The notes below the pieces were generated by a model, which had not been told where the DNA came from, did no database searches, and was given only the letters and a program-made list of their open reading frames with translations. The translations under genes were made by a program, and so were the position numbers. A stretch of 64,000 bases of DNA from contig NC_042999.1 in NCBI RefSeq assembly GCF_006345805.1, positions 160,766,001-160,830,000 of the forward strand, in the 5' to 3' direction. Source of the DNA: Octopus sinensis. Taxonomy: Eukaryota. Below, one piece after another: positions 38,913 to 50,701 of this stretch; within the stretch, counting starts at the first letter, position 1, and every line of letters begins with the position of its first letter.

Positions 38913-39693
38913 AGAGAGAGTAACCTACAGAACTTGATGTGTTTCCCAAATTCGATTTGTCTGGATGATGCCATGTCAACCAAAACAGTACGGTAATGAT
39001 TCCATGTCAACTAAAACAATACAGTAAAAAAAATGGCAGATCTTGTTTAGAATTCTCTTGTGGTTCAATGGCAGATCTTGTTAAGAATTCTCAGTTCGGT
39101 CTAAAGCTTCTCTCTGCAATTGCTGTTGTTATTTCTGTGCATCCCAGAATGCTGGCAATAATGTTGAAGATGAAGGATATACTTACTGGTATAATGTCTC
39201 ATCAAGAAGCGTGTATTTTAGCAGGCATTAGAATTTTGTCGCACATAAAAATCCTATGAAAGTTTGGCCTGAAAGGCAGAAACGAAGAACAACCAATCAG
39301 AATGTATCTACAATGGTGAATGAATACCAACTGAAAAAAAAAAAATCAGTATTATTTACAATCTATTGTAGAAGTGATTCCATTTTTATGCGTTAAAGAA
39401 GTTGCATTTCGGAGTGATTTCAATAGAAATATCACCTGTCTTCTGAACTATTTTTATGGCTTTTTAATATACTCCTACAAAAGATTCCAAATTGGAAAAA
39501 AAGAAAAAAGCATATTTTCAACGGCACCTAAAAATGTGTTGTACACATCTGCTATGATGCAAAATGAAAATTTACAATTTATGAAAGATGTTTTGGATCA
39601 GATAAATGATGACATTCGTCACTCTGATACCCCTTTCTTTACAATTAAGTATGATGGTACTCGTGATCCTACAAATATCTAAAATATTTCAAT

Positions 39694-40088
39694 AGGCGCA
39701 GGAGTGGCTATGTGGTAAGTAGCTTGTTAACCAACCACATGGTTCCGGGTTCAGTCCCACTGCGTGGCACCTTGGGCAAGTGTCTTCTACAATAGCCTTG
39801 GGCCGACCAAAGCATTGTGAGTGGATTTGGTAGACGGAAACTGAAAGAAGCCCATCGTATATATGTATATATATATGTTTGTTTGTCTGTGTTTGTCCCC
39901 CTAGCATTGCTTGACAACCGATGCTGGTGTGTTTATGTCCCTGTCACTTAGCGGTTCGGCAAAAGAAACCGATAGAATAAGTACTGGGCTTACAAAGAAT
40001 AAGTCCTGGGGCTGAGGTTGCTCGATTAAAGGTGGTGCTCCAGCATGGCTGCAGTCAAATGACTGAAACAAGTAAAAGAGTAAAAGAG
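39694..40088 (+). mobile_element. SINE family A nested in the hAT relic
   Basis: Consensus. Confidence 0.85.
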
Positions 40089-40805
40089 AGAATTGTGAGG
40101 TTTGTAAAAGTAGGGATCGTGTCAGAAAGTCTTATCGTTTTAACTATGAGCAAAGACTCTAAGATTGAAAGTTTGGCCAATGCAATTATTCAAAGTATGC
40201 TGGGCAAAAACCAGAAAACATTTTATCTCAGTGTTATGATGGTGCCTCAGTAATGTCTAGCTGTACCATTGGTGTTCTGAAAATTGGAAAGGAAATTCCA
40301 TATGTGCACCTTTAATCATCAGTTGCATTTGGTTGTGGTCCACACAATTGAAGAGATTAGGGACGCAAAACTGTGTTTTGGAGCTTGCAAGGCTCCATTG
40401 TAACTTTCTGAATCGACCAAAATTATTTACTCCCTGCAAAGGTACACATTTGAAGCGATTATTGGAACAACGGTGATCAGGGCATCAAGCAACTGTTATC
40501 GCTATGCGTACTGATCATGAATACATAGTGCAAGTGCTTCGACCATACAGAACACAACATTACTGACATAACCATCAGAATTTAGGCAACTGGTATTTTG
40601 AAACAGATTAGCCTCAAATTTATCTTCATTACGATTCTTTTTGAAAATATTCTGAAAGATCTTGATGTGCCAAATTGTTACGTCAGAACTATGATTTGTC
40701 TGAAGGAGAACGTCTTATAAATATTGTATTGAAGATTTTGAAAGAAGTGAGAAAACACAAAGGAAAATTTTACAGCATTTTCTCTCAGACGAAGACATTC
40801 ACCTG

Positions 40806-41210
40806 GGATCTTTTCCGTTTGAACGGCAGTTTTTTCTAGCACTGTCATATAAAATTGTTACCCATAATTATGACCCTAGAATCGATCTATTGTATTTCAA
40901 TCTGTTTTAGGGGTGGGGGGAAGGGTATCTTTTTTTCTTCACAAATGTAAATAAACCCAATCTGTTTCTTAAACGAGGGACATATTCATATGGCACAGAA
41001 TGTAGTTTACCTCAATGGACGTCAGTGATTGGTTGAAATTGCAGAAATTGAAGAAAAAAAACAACAAATATTTTACAAACTACAGAATTTTCTCAAGAAA
41101 GCCAAGAGAAAAAGATGTTTTATAAACACATTCTACCAATATACAAAGTTTAGAATTTTTTAGTTACCTAGAAATTATGTTAAAAACTGCCGTTCAAACC
41201 GAAAAGATCC
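40806..41210. mobile_element. Second copy of the GG...CC MITE (opposite orientation)
   Basis: Reverse complement of 37428-37847. Confidence 0.8.
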
Positions 41211-41563
41211 CATTTACGAAATGTAGAAGACGATTGATCTATTCCTCAAGGTATGTATAAAGTTCCAGAATACATTATACAATCATCAGGAATGATTTCA
41301 ACGCTAGGTCAAGAAGATTCTGATTATAAAATATGTACTTTTTATTCATATATACAACAGTATTTTTGATATCAGAATTGGAGAACTTCAAAGTTGCTTT
41401 AATGAATGCAACATGAGAATATTTGCAGCTATAGAAGCTTTGTCTGCTGAATTAGAAGCAGTTTTATCTCCTATTTCTGAACTCGTGAGCATAAACTATT
41501 AATATATGGACAGCTCATTTTACAACGAACCATGCGTTGCCAAATGTTACAGTTTAGAAAACA

Positions 41564-41944
41564 CTAGCAGTATCGCCCGGCGTTGCTCGGGTTTGTAAGG
41601 GAAATAACTATATAAGCATTTTTAGAGATGTAAAGTATAATAGCCATCTCAATATGGCTAACAACAAAGGGGGGGGTGTTACTGTAGCTTTTTTAAATAA
41701 ATTTTTAGAGAGTTACTTCCCTTATATATGCCAAAAATGTATTAAAAATGGGAAAAATTATGGTAAATTTTTTTTAAAATCGTAGACTCATCGTAGACGC
41801 GCGCTAATACCCAGAAGGGTTCGATATGAATCACGACTATAAGATACCCGGTTTTGGTTAAACTGCACCGCAAAGTGTGGGAGTAGTTAGGAATCTAAAT
41901 CGTAGGAGACAGACAGCACACAACCTCACTTTTATATATAAAGA
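41564..41944 (-). mobile_element. Non-autonomous Helitron (H1)
   Basis: A|CTAG-hairpin ... tatatataaaGA|T. Confidence 0.85.
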
Positions 41945-42079
41945 TTACATCTAAAAAGCTGCCAAGTATCTTCTCCTCACTATATTCATTTAAGGCTGCT
42001 TTTCCATATATCTACAAACTGTACACTACATCCCTCACGTTAGCTGCAAGCAATGTTTCTTGCGAATCATCTTTAGCCT

Positions 42080-42625
42080 ATCGCTGTTCTATCACATATC
42101 AATGACTTTGCAATACTTGTATTCATGGACAAGTCGAGCATGATGTCTAAGTAGTCCATGGTGGTGAGATTGGTCTTGATGGTGAGTTTCAATCCCATGG
42201 AGGCGAGTGTGCTAATTAGATCTTTCCTAAGACTGTATAGTGTGTTCCCGTCTGCTCCTCTAGAGATGGCCAGGGTGTCATCTCTGTAGAGAGCAAAGAA
42301 GACAGAGGAACTTTTTCTAAAGGGTACCAAGGATATACAACCTGATGAGGTCACATACATCAGCACTGTTGTGGGTCCCCATTGCTACATCAAAGGATCC
42401 CACGGGGTCAGGTTGCTTGGCCCAGGTTGAACCTTATTGAACAGCACTGTTTTCCTGGTGTGCATAATGACATCTATATCCCTGTCGTTAACATCAGTGA
42501 AGCCCCTAGTAAAGGAAAGCACCTTGACCAGTAACCCTTTTGATATAGACGGGTAAAAATTGACCATGTTAAACTGGGTGAACTTTGCTCTGCTCTCGGA
42601 TTTGGTTGGGTTAATCAGACGGTAG
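42080..42625 (-). mobile_element. Penelope-like RT fragment
   Basis: FTQFNMVNFYPSISKGLL, IMHTRKTVLF, LYRDDTLA, MGLKLTIKTNLTTMDYLDIMLDL; homologous to 56044-56940. Confidence 0.85.
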
Positions 42626-42651
42626 TGTGTGTGTGTGAAATCTATGTATTC

Positions 42652-42905
42652 TTTTATTTGTTTCGGCCATTTGACTGAGGCCATGCTGGAGCACCACCTT
42701 GAAGGATTTTAGTCGGACAAATCAACCCCAACACGTATTTTTTTAAGCTTAGTACTTATTTTATCGGTCTTCTTGGCCAAATCGCTAAGTTACAGGGATG
42801 TAAGCACACCAACACCGGTTGTCAAGCTGTGATGGGTGCACAAATACACACACACACACAAACGATGGGCTTCTTTCAGTTTCTATCTAAATCCACTCAC
42901 AAGGC
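42652..42905 (-). mobile_element. SINE family A, 3' part
   Basis: Reverse tail and central domain. Confidence 0.7.
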
Positions 42906-43180
42906 TGATTTTTTTTTACAAAATTGGTTTCAAATTTTGGCACAAGGCCAGCAATTTTAGGGATGGGCAGTAAGTTGGTATCACGGATCCCAGTGTTCAA
43001 CTAGTAATGATAGTTGTTGTTTTTTACAATTAAAGAGAAACAAAGATTGGCAGAACTGGTAAACAAAACTGATGGATTTGGCATAAATCTTTGTATTTCT
43101 AATTAATTCAACAATGCTCATGGAACCACCAAAAGGTGTTGCATTTCTAATGGAAATTACTCTCGTATTAACAAAAAACT

Positions 43181-43270
43181 GCTTGGGCAAATGTCTTCTG
43201 CTATAGCCCCGGGCCGACCAATGCCTTGTGAGTGGATTTGGTAGACAGAAACTGAAAGAAGCCCATCGTA

Positions 43271-43319
<49 letters not shown>

Positions 43320-43530
43320 CTGTGTTTGTCCCCCTAGCATTGCTTGACAACCGATGCTGCTGTGTTTACGTCCCGTCACTTAGCGGTTCGGCAAAAGAGA
43401 CCGATAAAATAAGTACTGGGCTTACAAAGAATAAGTCCCGGGGTCGAGTTGCTTGACTAAAAGGCGGTGCTCCAGCATGGCCGCAGTCAAATGACTGAAA
43501 CAAGAAAAAGAGTAAAGAGTAAAAGAGAGT
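43181..43530 (+). mobile_element. SINE family A, 5'-truncated
   Basis: Starts at cttgggcaaatgtcttctg. Confidence 0.85.
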
Positions 43531-44238
43531 ATTGTAAATTTTAGATGAAACTGTGGATTCCTTTCTAAAAATTGAATATGCTTAATCCACTTATAATTTC
43601 ATGTTTTAAATCATTTCAGAGAATTCCTATCTAATGTTTTATGATATTTTGATATTATTTTATGAAAATGCGTTTCCGCATTCATTATTTTCTCTTTCTA
43701 GGAATTATAAATTAATTTATATGCCGTTAATTTATTCATAACTAATATTTAATATGAAGCTAACAAAGAAATAATTAATCTTATCAATTTAAATAAGTAC
43801 TTAAAAAAAGTATAGTTTTTTTACTATTTGCGTCCAACCTAATATGCTAAGGGAAGTAACTCTTAATGGCTCATGTGAAACTTTAACATTTATTGTGGAT
43901 GAAAATTTTCAATTCACGAAGACAAGTTTTCTTTTATATGTTTTACTTGTTACTGTCATTAGACTGCAGCCATGCTATAGTATCGACTTGAAAGGGTTTA
44001 GTTGAATAACAAAGAATTAATAGCAGAATATCTGCTACAAATGAATATATTTTTAAACAATCTTTATCAAAAAAAGTAATGTCATTATTCTAATTAAATA
44101 TGTAATTTTAATTTCTTTTTTACTGAATGAAAATTTTTTTTTTGATATGTTTTTAATATGTACATATTTTCATAAATAAACAGAATAATAAAAATTAATA
44201 TGAAATCACAAAAAGTCATAACGTTTTATGTTCAATAA

Positions 44239-45290
44239 AGGAGTGGCTGTGTGGTAAGTAGCTTGTTAACCAACCACATGGTTCCGGGTTCTGGGTTCAA
44301 CCCACTGCGTGGCATCTTGGGCAAGTGTCTTCTGCTATAGCCCCGGGCCGACCAATGCCTTGTGAGTGGATTTGGTAGACGGAAACTGAAAGAAGCCTGT
44401 CGTATATATCCTTTGTGAGCCGCTCTCCGGCTATCTATCTGCGGCTTTATATAGCTATGGTAAGACCTCACCTGGAATTTGTATCACCGGTCTGGAACCC
44501 CTATCTTGCCCAGGACATCAATCGTCTGGAAGCTGTTCAGCGACGTGCAACCAAAAGAATACCCTCCATCAGGCATTTGCCATATCCTGAACGCCTTACT
44601 TCCCTGGGCATGGACACATTGAAACTCCGACGTCTGGCAGCTGACCTGGCAGACACCCATAAAATTATCAACCATCGCACAAACAATAACACTGAGCACC
44701 TCTTCAAACTCCACCCATCTAACACCCGTGGACATATTTACAAAGTAAGAAAACAGCACAGCTCCCATGACTTCAGGAAACATTTTTTCACGCTGAGAGT
44801 TGCTAAAGCGTGGAACAAACTGCCGGCATCGGTTGTTAGTTGTCGGAGCACAGCATCCTTCAAGACTTCCATGCTTCCTGAGATTCGCCAACACTACACT
44901 TGATTTTCTCCCCTCCATACACACACAAGCATGTTCACTTTCCAGACATTTCTACATTACTGCATGTACTTTATATGCACTTTCTGACAAGTTGTGGTGC
45001 ACCTGAGCACTGTATACAATAATTTCATTATTATTATTATTATTATATATATATATGTATGTATGTGTGTGTTTGTGTGTCTGTGTTTATCCCCCTAGCA
45101 TTGCTTGACAACCAATGCTGGTGTGTTTACGTCCCCGTCACTTAGCGGTTCGGCAAAAGAGACTGATAGAATAAGTACTGGGCTTACAAAGAATAAGTCC
45201 CGGGGTCGATTTGCTCGACTAAAGGCGGTGCTCCAGCATGGCTGCAGTCAAATGACTGAAACAAGTAAAAAGAGTAAAAAAAAAAAGAGT
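44239..45290 (+). mobile_element. SINE family A split by a CR1 insertion
   Basis: 5' half 44239-44408, 3' half about 45045-45290. Confidence 0.85.
44409..45045 (+). mobile_element. CR1/L2-type LINE, 5'-truncated 3' end
   Basis: ORF2 C-terminus LYIAMVRPHLEFVSPVWNPYL..DI..LEAVQRRATK...TRGH...F.LRV..AWN.LP open over 44415-44903; (ATT)n tail. Confidence 0.9.
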
Positions 45291-46259
45291 AATATTTTTA
45301 AATGGGGTTCTCTCCAAATACTTGTCTAGATGAATTCCTTCATTTGAGTTCAAATAACATTATTTTTCTCTTAAAAAGACAAAAATATTCTGATTTCTTA
45401 AAATGATCACCTTCTTTTACATTGATTAAACCTTTTTTTGTAGCTAATATTTTTTGACAAGGTTTTCCCCATATGATTCTTTTCATAGAGCTTTTTCATC
45501 AGGAGTATATCTCAAATGCAGAATAGCCATGAGAACAGTTTAGAAAACTGGCTAAACACCCTTTAAAAAACAGGGAGGAAAAGCAGCCAGCAAGCCACTA
45601 CTGAGAACAAAACCCGTTCTTCTTAAACACTGGTTAAGCACTCTCTACTGTAAAGTACTCAGTACTGTAAAACTAAGCAACTCACAATGTCAGATAGCAT
45701 CTTTTATATTGCTCAGTATCTTAAAATGACAAAAATCTTTTGATTTGCTATGATGATCACCCTTCTTTTCATCATCTAAAACCACACACCACTTTTTTGT
45801 AGCTAATATTTTTTTGACAAGGTTTCTATAAGACCCATCTCACAGAGCTCTTTCATTTGAATGCAACTGTTGTATAGTTTTCTTCAGTATTAGCTAAGAT
45901 ATCTTGATTCAAAGTCTATTTTGGGGGTTACTTACCATTTTTCCATCAGTTAAAGCCACACAACTTTTTTCTAGCTAACACTTTTTAATGTGGTTTCCAC
46001 CAAAAATTTTTTCTCAATGAGTACATTCTTTTAAATGCTAGTAATCTATACTTTTCATTTAAAATAGCTGAAATATTTTGATTCAAAGTCAATTTTTCAC
46101 CTTACTCTCCCATTTTTGATCTCACAATTTGACCTAACTTTTTTTGTAATGAACCAAATTTCAAATATCTTATCTCCAAATGTAGCTTAGGATTGGACCA
46201 TCATCACTAAAGAGAAATTGCATTCAATTTGGTTGAGAATAAAATTAGTGATGAAGCCT

Positions 46260-47060
46260 AGAAGCGCTTGCAAGGACCTAAAAGTTGACCTTGAGAATAT
46301 ATTCACCCACTGTCGTGAGTGAATGATATATAGGTTGTTTGGGCTAAATTTCCAGGAACAGTTTGATGTATTGGGGAACAGTCAATGGTGTTGAAGAGCC
46401 TAGAGACTAAAACTGTAGTTGAGAAAAAGTTAGCTTACATGGAGGACTGGAAGCCGTCTGAATATTGGAAAAGAGTTACCTCCATCATGAATTGTACTAG
46501 GTATCAAAACACTGACAACATGACTGTTGTTCAATTCTCTGTAAACACTTCAAAGGCTGCAAGATGTGACATGGACAGCTGGAACAGAGACTATGAAACC
46601 ATGGTCAACAGGAAGAAACATGGCAAATGTTCTGATAATGTCAACATGCTGGAATTCATCGCCAAATTCTTGAACAGGACCTTAGGCTCAATTCAGGTGG
46701 CTATGTGAAGTTACTGGAAACTGTGATCAATCCCTGGCTGGAGAGGGTTGCTGCTGGAAGGCTATATGTATAGCAGCAGGATTCAGTTCCTTTCCATATC
46801 TCCAGAAAGCATCAGAAGTGGTTTTCAGAGGAACTTCTACTACTTCACCAGTCCAATTTCTGACCCCCTAATTCCCCTGATTGTAATCCCTATATGTGGA
46901 GTAGTGTTGAGAAAGACACCAACCTCCCTACCAGTAACAGCAAGGCCATGCTGATAGCCAAGATTAGACCAGATTCCAGAGCCATCTTGTGACTGTAACG
47001 GAAGCTGAGGGCAGCTATTTGAATAAACTGTTATCTCCCAGCCATAATCTAGTTGATAGT
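46260..47060 (+). mobile_element. Tc1/mariner (maT, DD37D-like) transposase relic
   Basis: LRLNSGGYVKLLETVINPWLERVAAGRLYV.QQDS.P.H.S...WPPNSPDCNP..Y.W..VEKDTN...EAEG.YFE. Confidence 0.7.
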
Positions 47061-47139
47061 TTTTGATTTTTTAAAATGCCTTTATTTTTGGATGGAATAT
47101 TGTTTGCATTTCCTTTTATGCAAACTATCAATTTTAGCT

Positions 47140-47148
47140 TGAGTACCT

Positions 47149-47201
<53 letters not shown>

Positions 47202-47232
47202 ATATATATTATATATATTATATATATATTAT

Positions 47233-47263
<31 letters not shown>

Positions 47264-47265
47264 TT
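47140..47265. repeat. (TA)n microsatellite
   Basis: Direct inspection. Confidence 0.95.
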
Positions 47266-48091
47266 AATATAAAAATGAGTATAGTGTTTGTATATATATA
47301 TATTTGTCCAGAAACATGCTGGTCACAGAGGTGGAAAGAAAACAGTAATTCAGTGAAGGAGAAGTAGTGAGAGTAATAGCCCTGACAGAGAGGGAGCGAG
47401 AGAAAGTAATAGCAATGAGAGAAAGGAAGGGATGATAGAAAAATAAGGAAGGAGTATATGTATGCATGTATGTATGTATGTATGTGAGTATATGTATGTA
47501 TGTGTGTGTGTATGCAAGGGAAGTATGTGAATGTTTGTATGCGTGATTATTATGTACCTTATTTTGTACCTTATTTATATATAAAATACTACAATTAGCT
47601 GTCCTTATTGATGGCACGTGGTCAGCTAATATATATATATATAAGTGATAACACAGATGGGTTGAGTTCACTACAGCTGTTTCAGTTGTGTTTTTTATTA
47701 ATGAACAAAAGTATCATGTCATGCCAAAAAGCATTTTCTTTGAGTGAATAAAGAGAAAATTTACCTCTAAGAATTTCCCACAAAATAGAATGAAGTGAGA
47801 GGCAGCCCTACCAACTAGGTTATGGCTGGTAGGGTCACTCACAAGGCATCGGTTGGCCAGGGATTACAGCAAGAGACACTTGCCCAAGGTGCCAAGTAGT
47901 GGGACTGAGTCTAGAACTATGAGGTTTGGAAGTAAACTTCTAACCATACAGCCACAACTTCACCTATGATGTGTTGGATTTTCCCCCCTTTTCCTTTTGT
48001 GGTATATGTAAGTATAAGCTGATCCATTTCAAATTTGAACTTAGCTCACTTTTCTACATCTATGCAATAAGATAATGGATATCTTCTTCTT

Positions 48092-48457
48092 AAGCACTCC
48101 GTCGGTTACGACGACGAGGGTTCCGGTTGATCCGAATCAACGGAATAGCCTGCTCGTGAAATTAACGTGTAAGTGGCTGAGCCCTCCACAGACACGTGCA
48201 CCCTTAACGTAGTTCTTGGGGAGATTCAGTGTGACACAGAGAGTGACAAGGCCGGCCCTTTGAAATACAGGTACAACAGAAACAGGAAGTAAGAGTGAGA
48301 GAAAGTTGTGGTGAAAGAATACAGCAGGGATCACCACCATCCTTGCCGGAGCCTCGTGGAACTTTAGGTGTTTTCGCTCAATAAACACTCACAACGCCCG
48401 GTCTGGGAATCGAAACCGCGAGTCCGCTGCCCTAACCACTGGGCCATTGCACCTCCA
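48092..48457 (-). mobile_element. SINE family C
   Basis: Consensus; ataatggatat direct repeat on both sides. Confidence 0.85.
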
Positions 48458-48467
48458 ATAATGGATA

Positions 48468-48983
48468 TCTTTATATATAAAAGAGAGGTTGTGTGCTGTC
48501 TGTCTCCTACGATTTAGATTCCTAACTACTCCCACATTTTGCGGTGCAGTTTAACCAAATTCGGGTATCTTATAGTCGTGATTCATATCGAGCCCTTCTG
48601 GGTATTAGCGCGCGTCTACGATGAGTCTACGATTTTAAAAAGAATTTAACATCATTTTTTATTCCATTTTAATGCATAATTTTTCGTGTGTCAATGGCGG
48701 CGGAGTTGGCGTCCACGCTCAAACACCTGCACCTGTGTTTGCTTCTCCCCCTTCTTCCCTCCCTCGTGAAGCTGTGGGGAAGGGAGTTTAAGGAAATCAA
48801 CGTCATAATGCATTGTCAAGGAAACCAGCGTTCTTTTAGAACAACGACTTCATGGCTTGAAGACACCAAAACAGAAATGGCTAAAAAAGCCCGAATTGGC
48901 ATCTATAAAGGAAGTAACTCTCTAAAAATGCTTATATAGTTATTTCCCTTACAAATCCGAGCAACGCCGGGCGATACTGCTAG
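48468..48983 (+). mobile_element. Non-autonomous Helitron H1 variant with internal GC-rich insert
   Basis: TC...CTAG termini; about 220 bp at 48685-48905 is absent from other copies. Confidence 0.85.
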
Positions 48984-49377
48984 TCTTTATATATAAAAGA
49001 GAGGTTGTGTGCTGTCTGTCTCCTACGATTTAGATTCCTAACTACTCCTACATTTTGCGGTGCAGTTTAACCAAAACCGGGTATCTTATAGTCGTGATTC
49101 ATATCGAGCCCTTCTGGGTATTAGCGCGTGTCTACGATGAGTCTACGATTTAAAAAAAAATTTACCATCAATTTTTCCCATTTTTAATGCATTTTTGGCA
49201 TAAGGGAAGTAACTCTCTAAAACTTTATTATTAAATCTCAGAACGTAAAAAGCTACAGTAACCCCCCCACCCTTTGTGGTTAGCCATATTGAGATGGCTA
49301 TTATACTTTACATCTCTAAAAATGCTTATATAGTTATTTCCCTTACAAACCCGAGCAACGCCAGGCGATACTGCTAG
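48984..49377 (+). mobile_element. Non-autonomous Helitron H1, head-to-tail with the previous copy
   Basis: Junction ...ctgCTAG|TCtttatatataaa... Confidence 0.85.
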
Positions 49378-49544
49378 TTTATTATATTTGTTTGTACTTT
49401 TTAAAAACTATGTGTAGACCCAAGATCAAAGGAAATATATGGAATACAACAACATTCAGAATAAACCATTTTAATTTGTGTTGCTTGAGTTTGAGTGAAA
49501 TTCATTTTTTATTGTTTCATGTACATTTCATGTGTCTGTATCTA

Positions 49545-49843
49545 TTTCTTGTTTCAGTCATTAGACTGTGGCCATGCTGGGGCACCACTTTGAGGAATTT
49601 TTAGTCAAACGAATCAACCCCAATACTTTTCTCTTTTTTTTTAAGCCTGGTACTTATTCTGTCAGTTTCTTTTTGCTGAACCACTAAGTTACGGTGATGT
49701 AAACACACCAAAACCAGTTGTCAAGTGGTGCTAGGAGACAAACACAGACACAAAGACACACACATCACATACACACACATGCACACAAATGCACACACAT
49801 GAACACACACACACACACGATGGGCTTCTTTCAGTTTCTGTCT
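49545..49843 (-). mobile_element. SINE family A, 3' part
   Basis: Reverse tail and central domain. Confidence 0.7.
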
Positions 49844-50539
49844 GCCAAAAGAATTTAATTTGCACTCGTAGTGCTGCTCACAACTTTATCGATCAGCTTC
49901 TGTTATTTTTGCTCATCAATGGCATCTTGTCTCTTGGACTTCTCCCTTTTCTAGCTAGCTACTTATTAATCTGTTCATTTTACTTCAATTTCACCTTCTA
50001 CACATCACAAATTATTGGCTGCCAGCCTTAAATCTGATTAGACAGATTTATATTGACGTCATCACATCTGTGAGTTGTTCTGACCAGATTCCAAATATTC
50101 CTACTTATTCACGAAGGGAAGCATTAGTCAGATTTTTGCTAATATAGCAAAATACCAGTTGTTGTTTACAAATTTTCCGATTTGGAAGTCAAAAAACTCC
50201 AAGTTTAAATCAGTATAGATCAACTACAAATATGATTTTTTGATTAATGCTAGTATATGATATACAATATTTTGAAGTATATTAATCATAAACTATATGA
50301 AATAATACGTAGAATGAGTAATTATTTGGTATTTCAAAATGATGTTAACAGATTAAGTTTTAAATAAATTTTTTTTTATTTTACTTGTTTCAGTCATTTG
50401 ACTGCGGCCATGCTGGGATCACCACTTTGAAGAATTTTAGTCAAACAAATCAACCCTAGGACTTATCTTTTTAAGCTTCGTATTTTTTCTATCAGTTTCT
50501 TCAGTTGATACAAACACACACACACACACACACACGTAT

Positions 50540-50571
<32 letters not shown>

Positions 50572-50604
50572 CTTTATTTAAAAGCAGCAGAAATATAAAT
50601 AAAG

Positions 50605-50642
50605 CTGTTACTCAGAGTTTCACATTCCCGTTTGTTGGACAG
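50605..50642 (-). ncRNA. Degenerate hammerhead motif
   Basis: Reverse strand ctgt-CCAACAA-acgggaatgt-GAAA-ctctgag-TA-acag; core mutated. Confidence 0.45.
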
Positions 50643-50663
50643 TTTTGTTAAAATAGAACAAAT

Positions 50664-50701
50664 CTGTCCGACGAACGGGAACGTGAAACTCTGAGTAACA
50701 G
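50664..50701 (+). ncRNA. Minimal type I hammerhead ribozyme motif (U4C core variant)
   Basis: ctgt-CCGACGA-acg(ggaa)cgt-GAAA-ctc(t)gag-TA-acag; stems I, II and III all pair. Confidence 0.7.

Larger units (their letters stand above)
38990..41560 (+). pseudogene. hAT (ZMYM1/DUF4371-type) transposase relic with nested insertions
   Basis: TTF-zinc-finger-like start; SIVEVIPFLCVKEVAFR, KNVLYTSAMMQNE, PFFTIKYDGTRD, SQCYDGASVMS, IPYVH..NHQLHLVVVH; interrupted by SINE A (39694-40088) and MITE (40806-41210). Confidence 0.8.
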
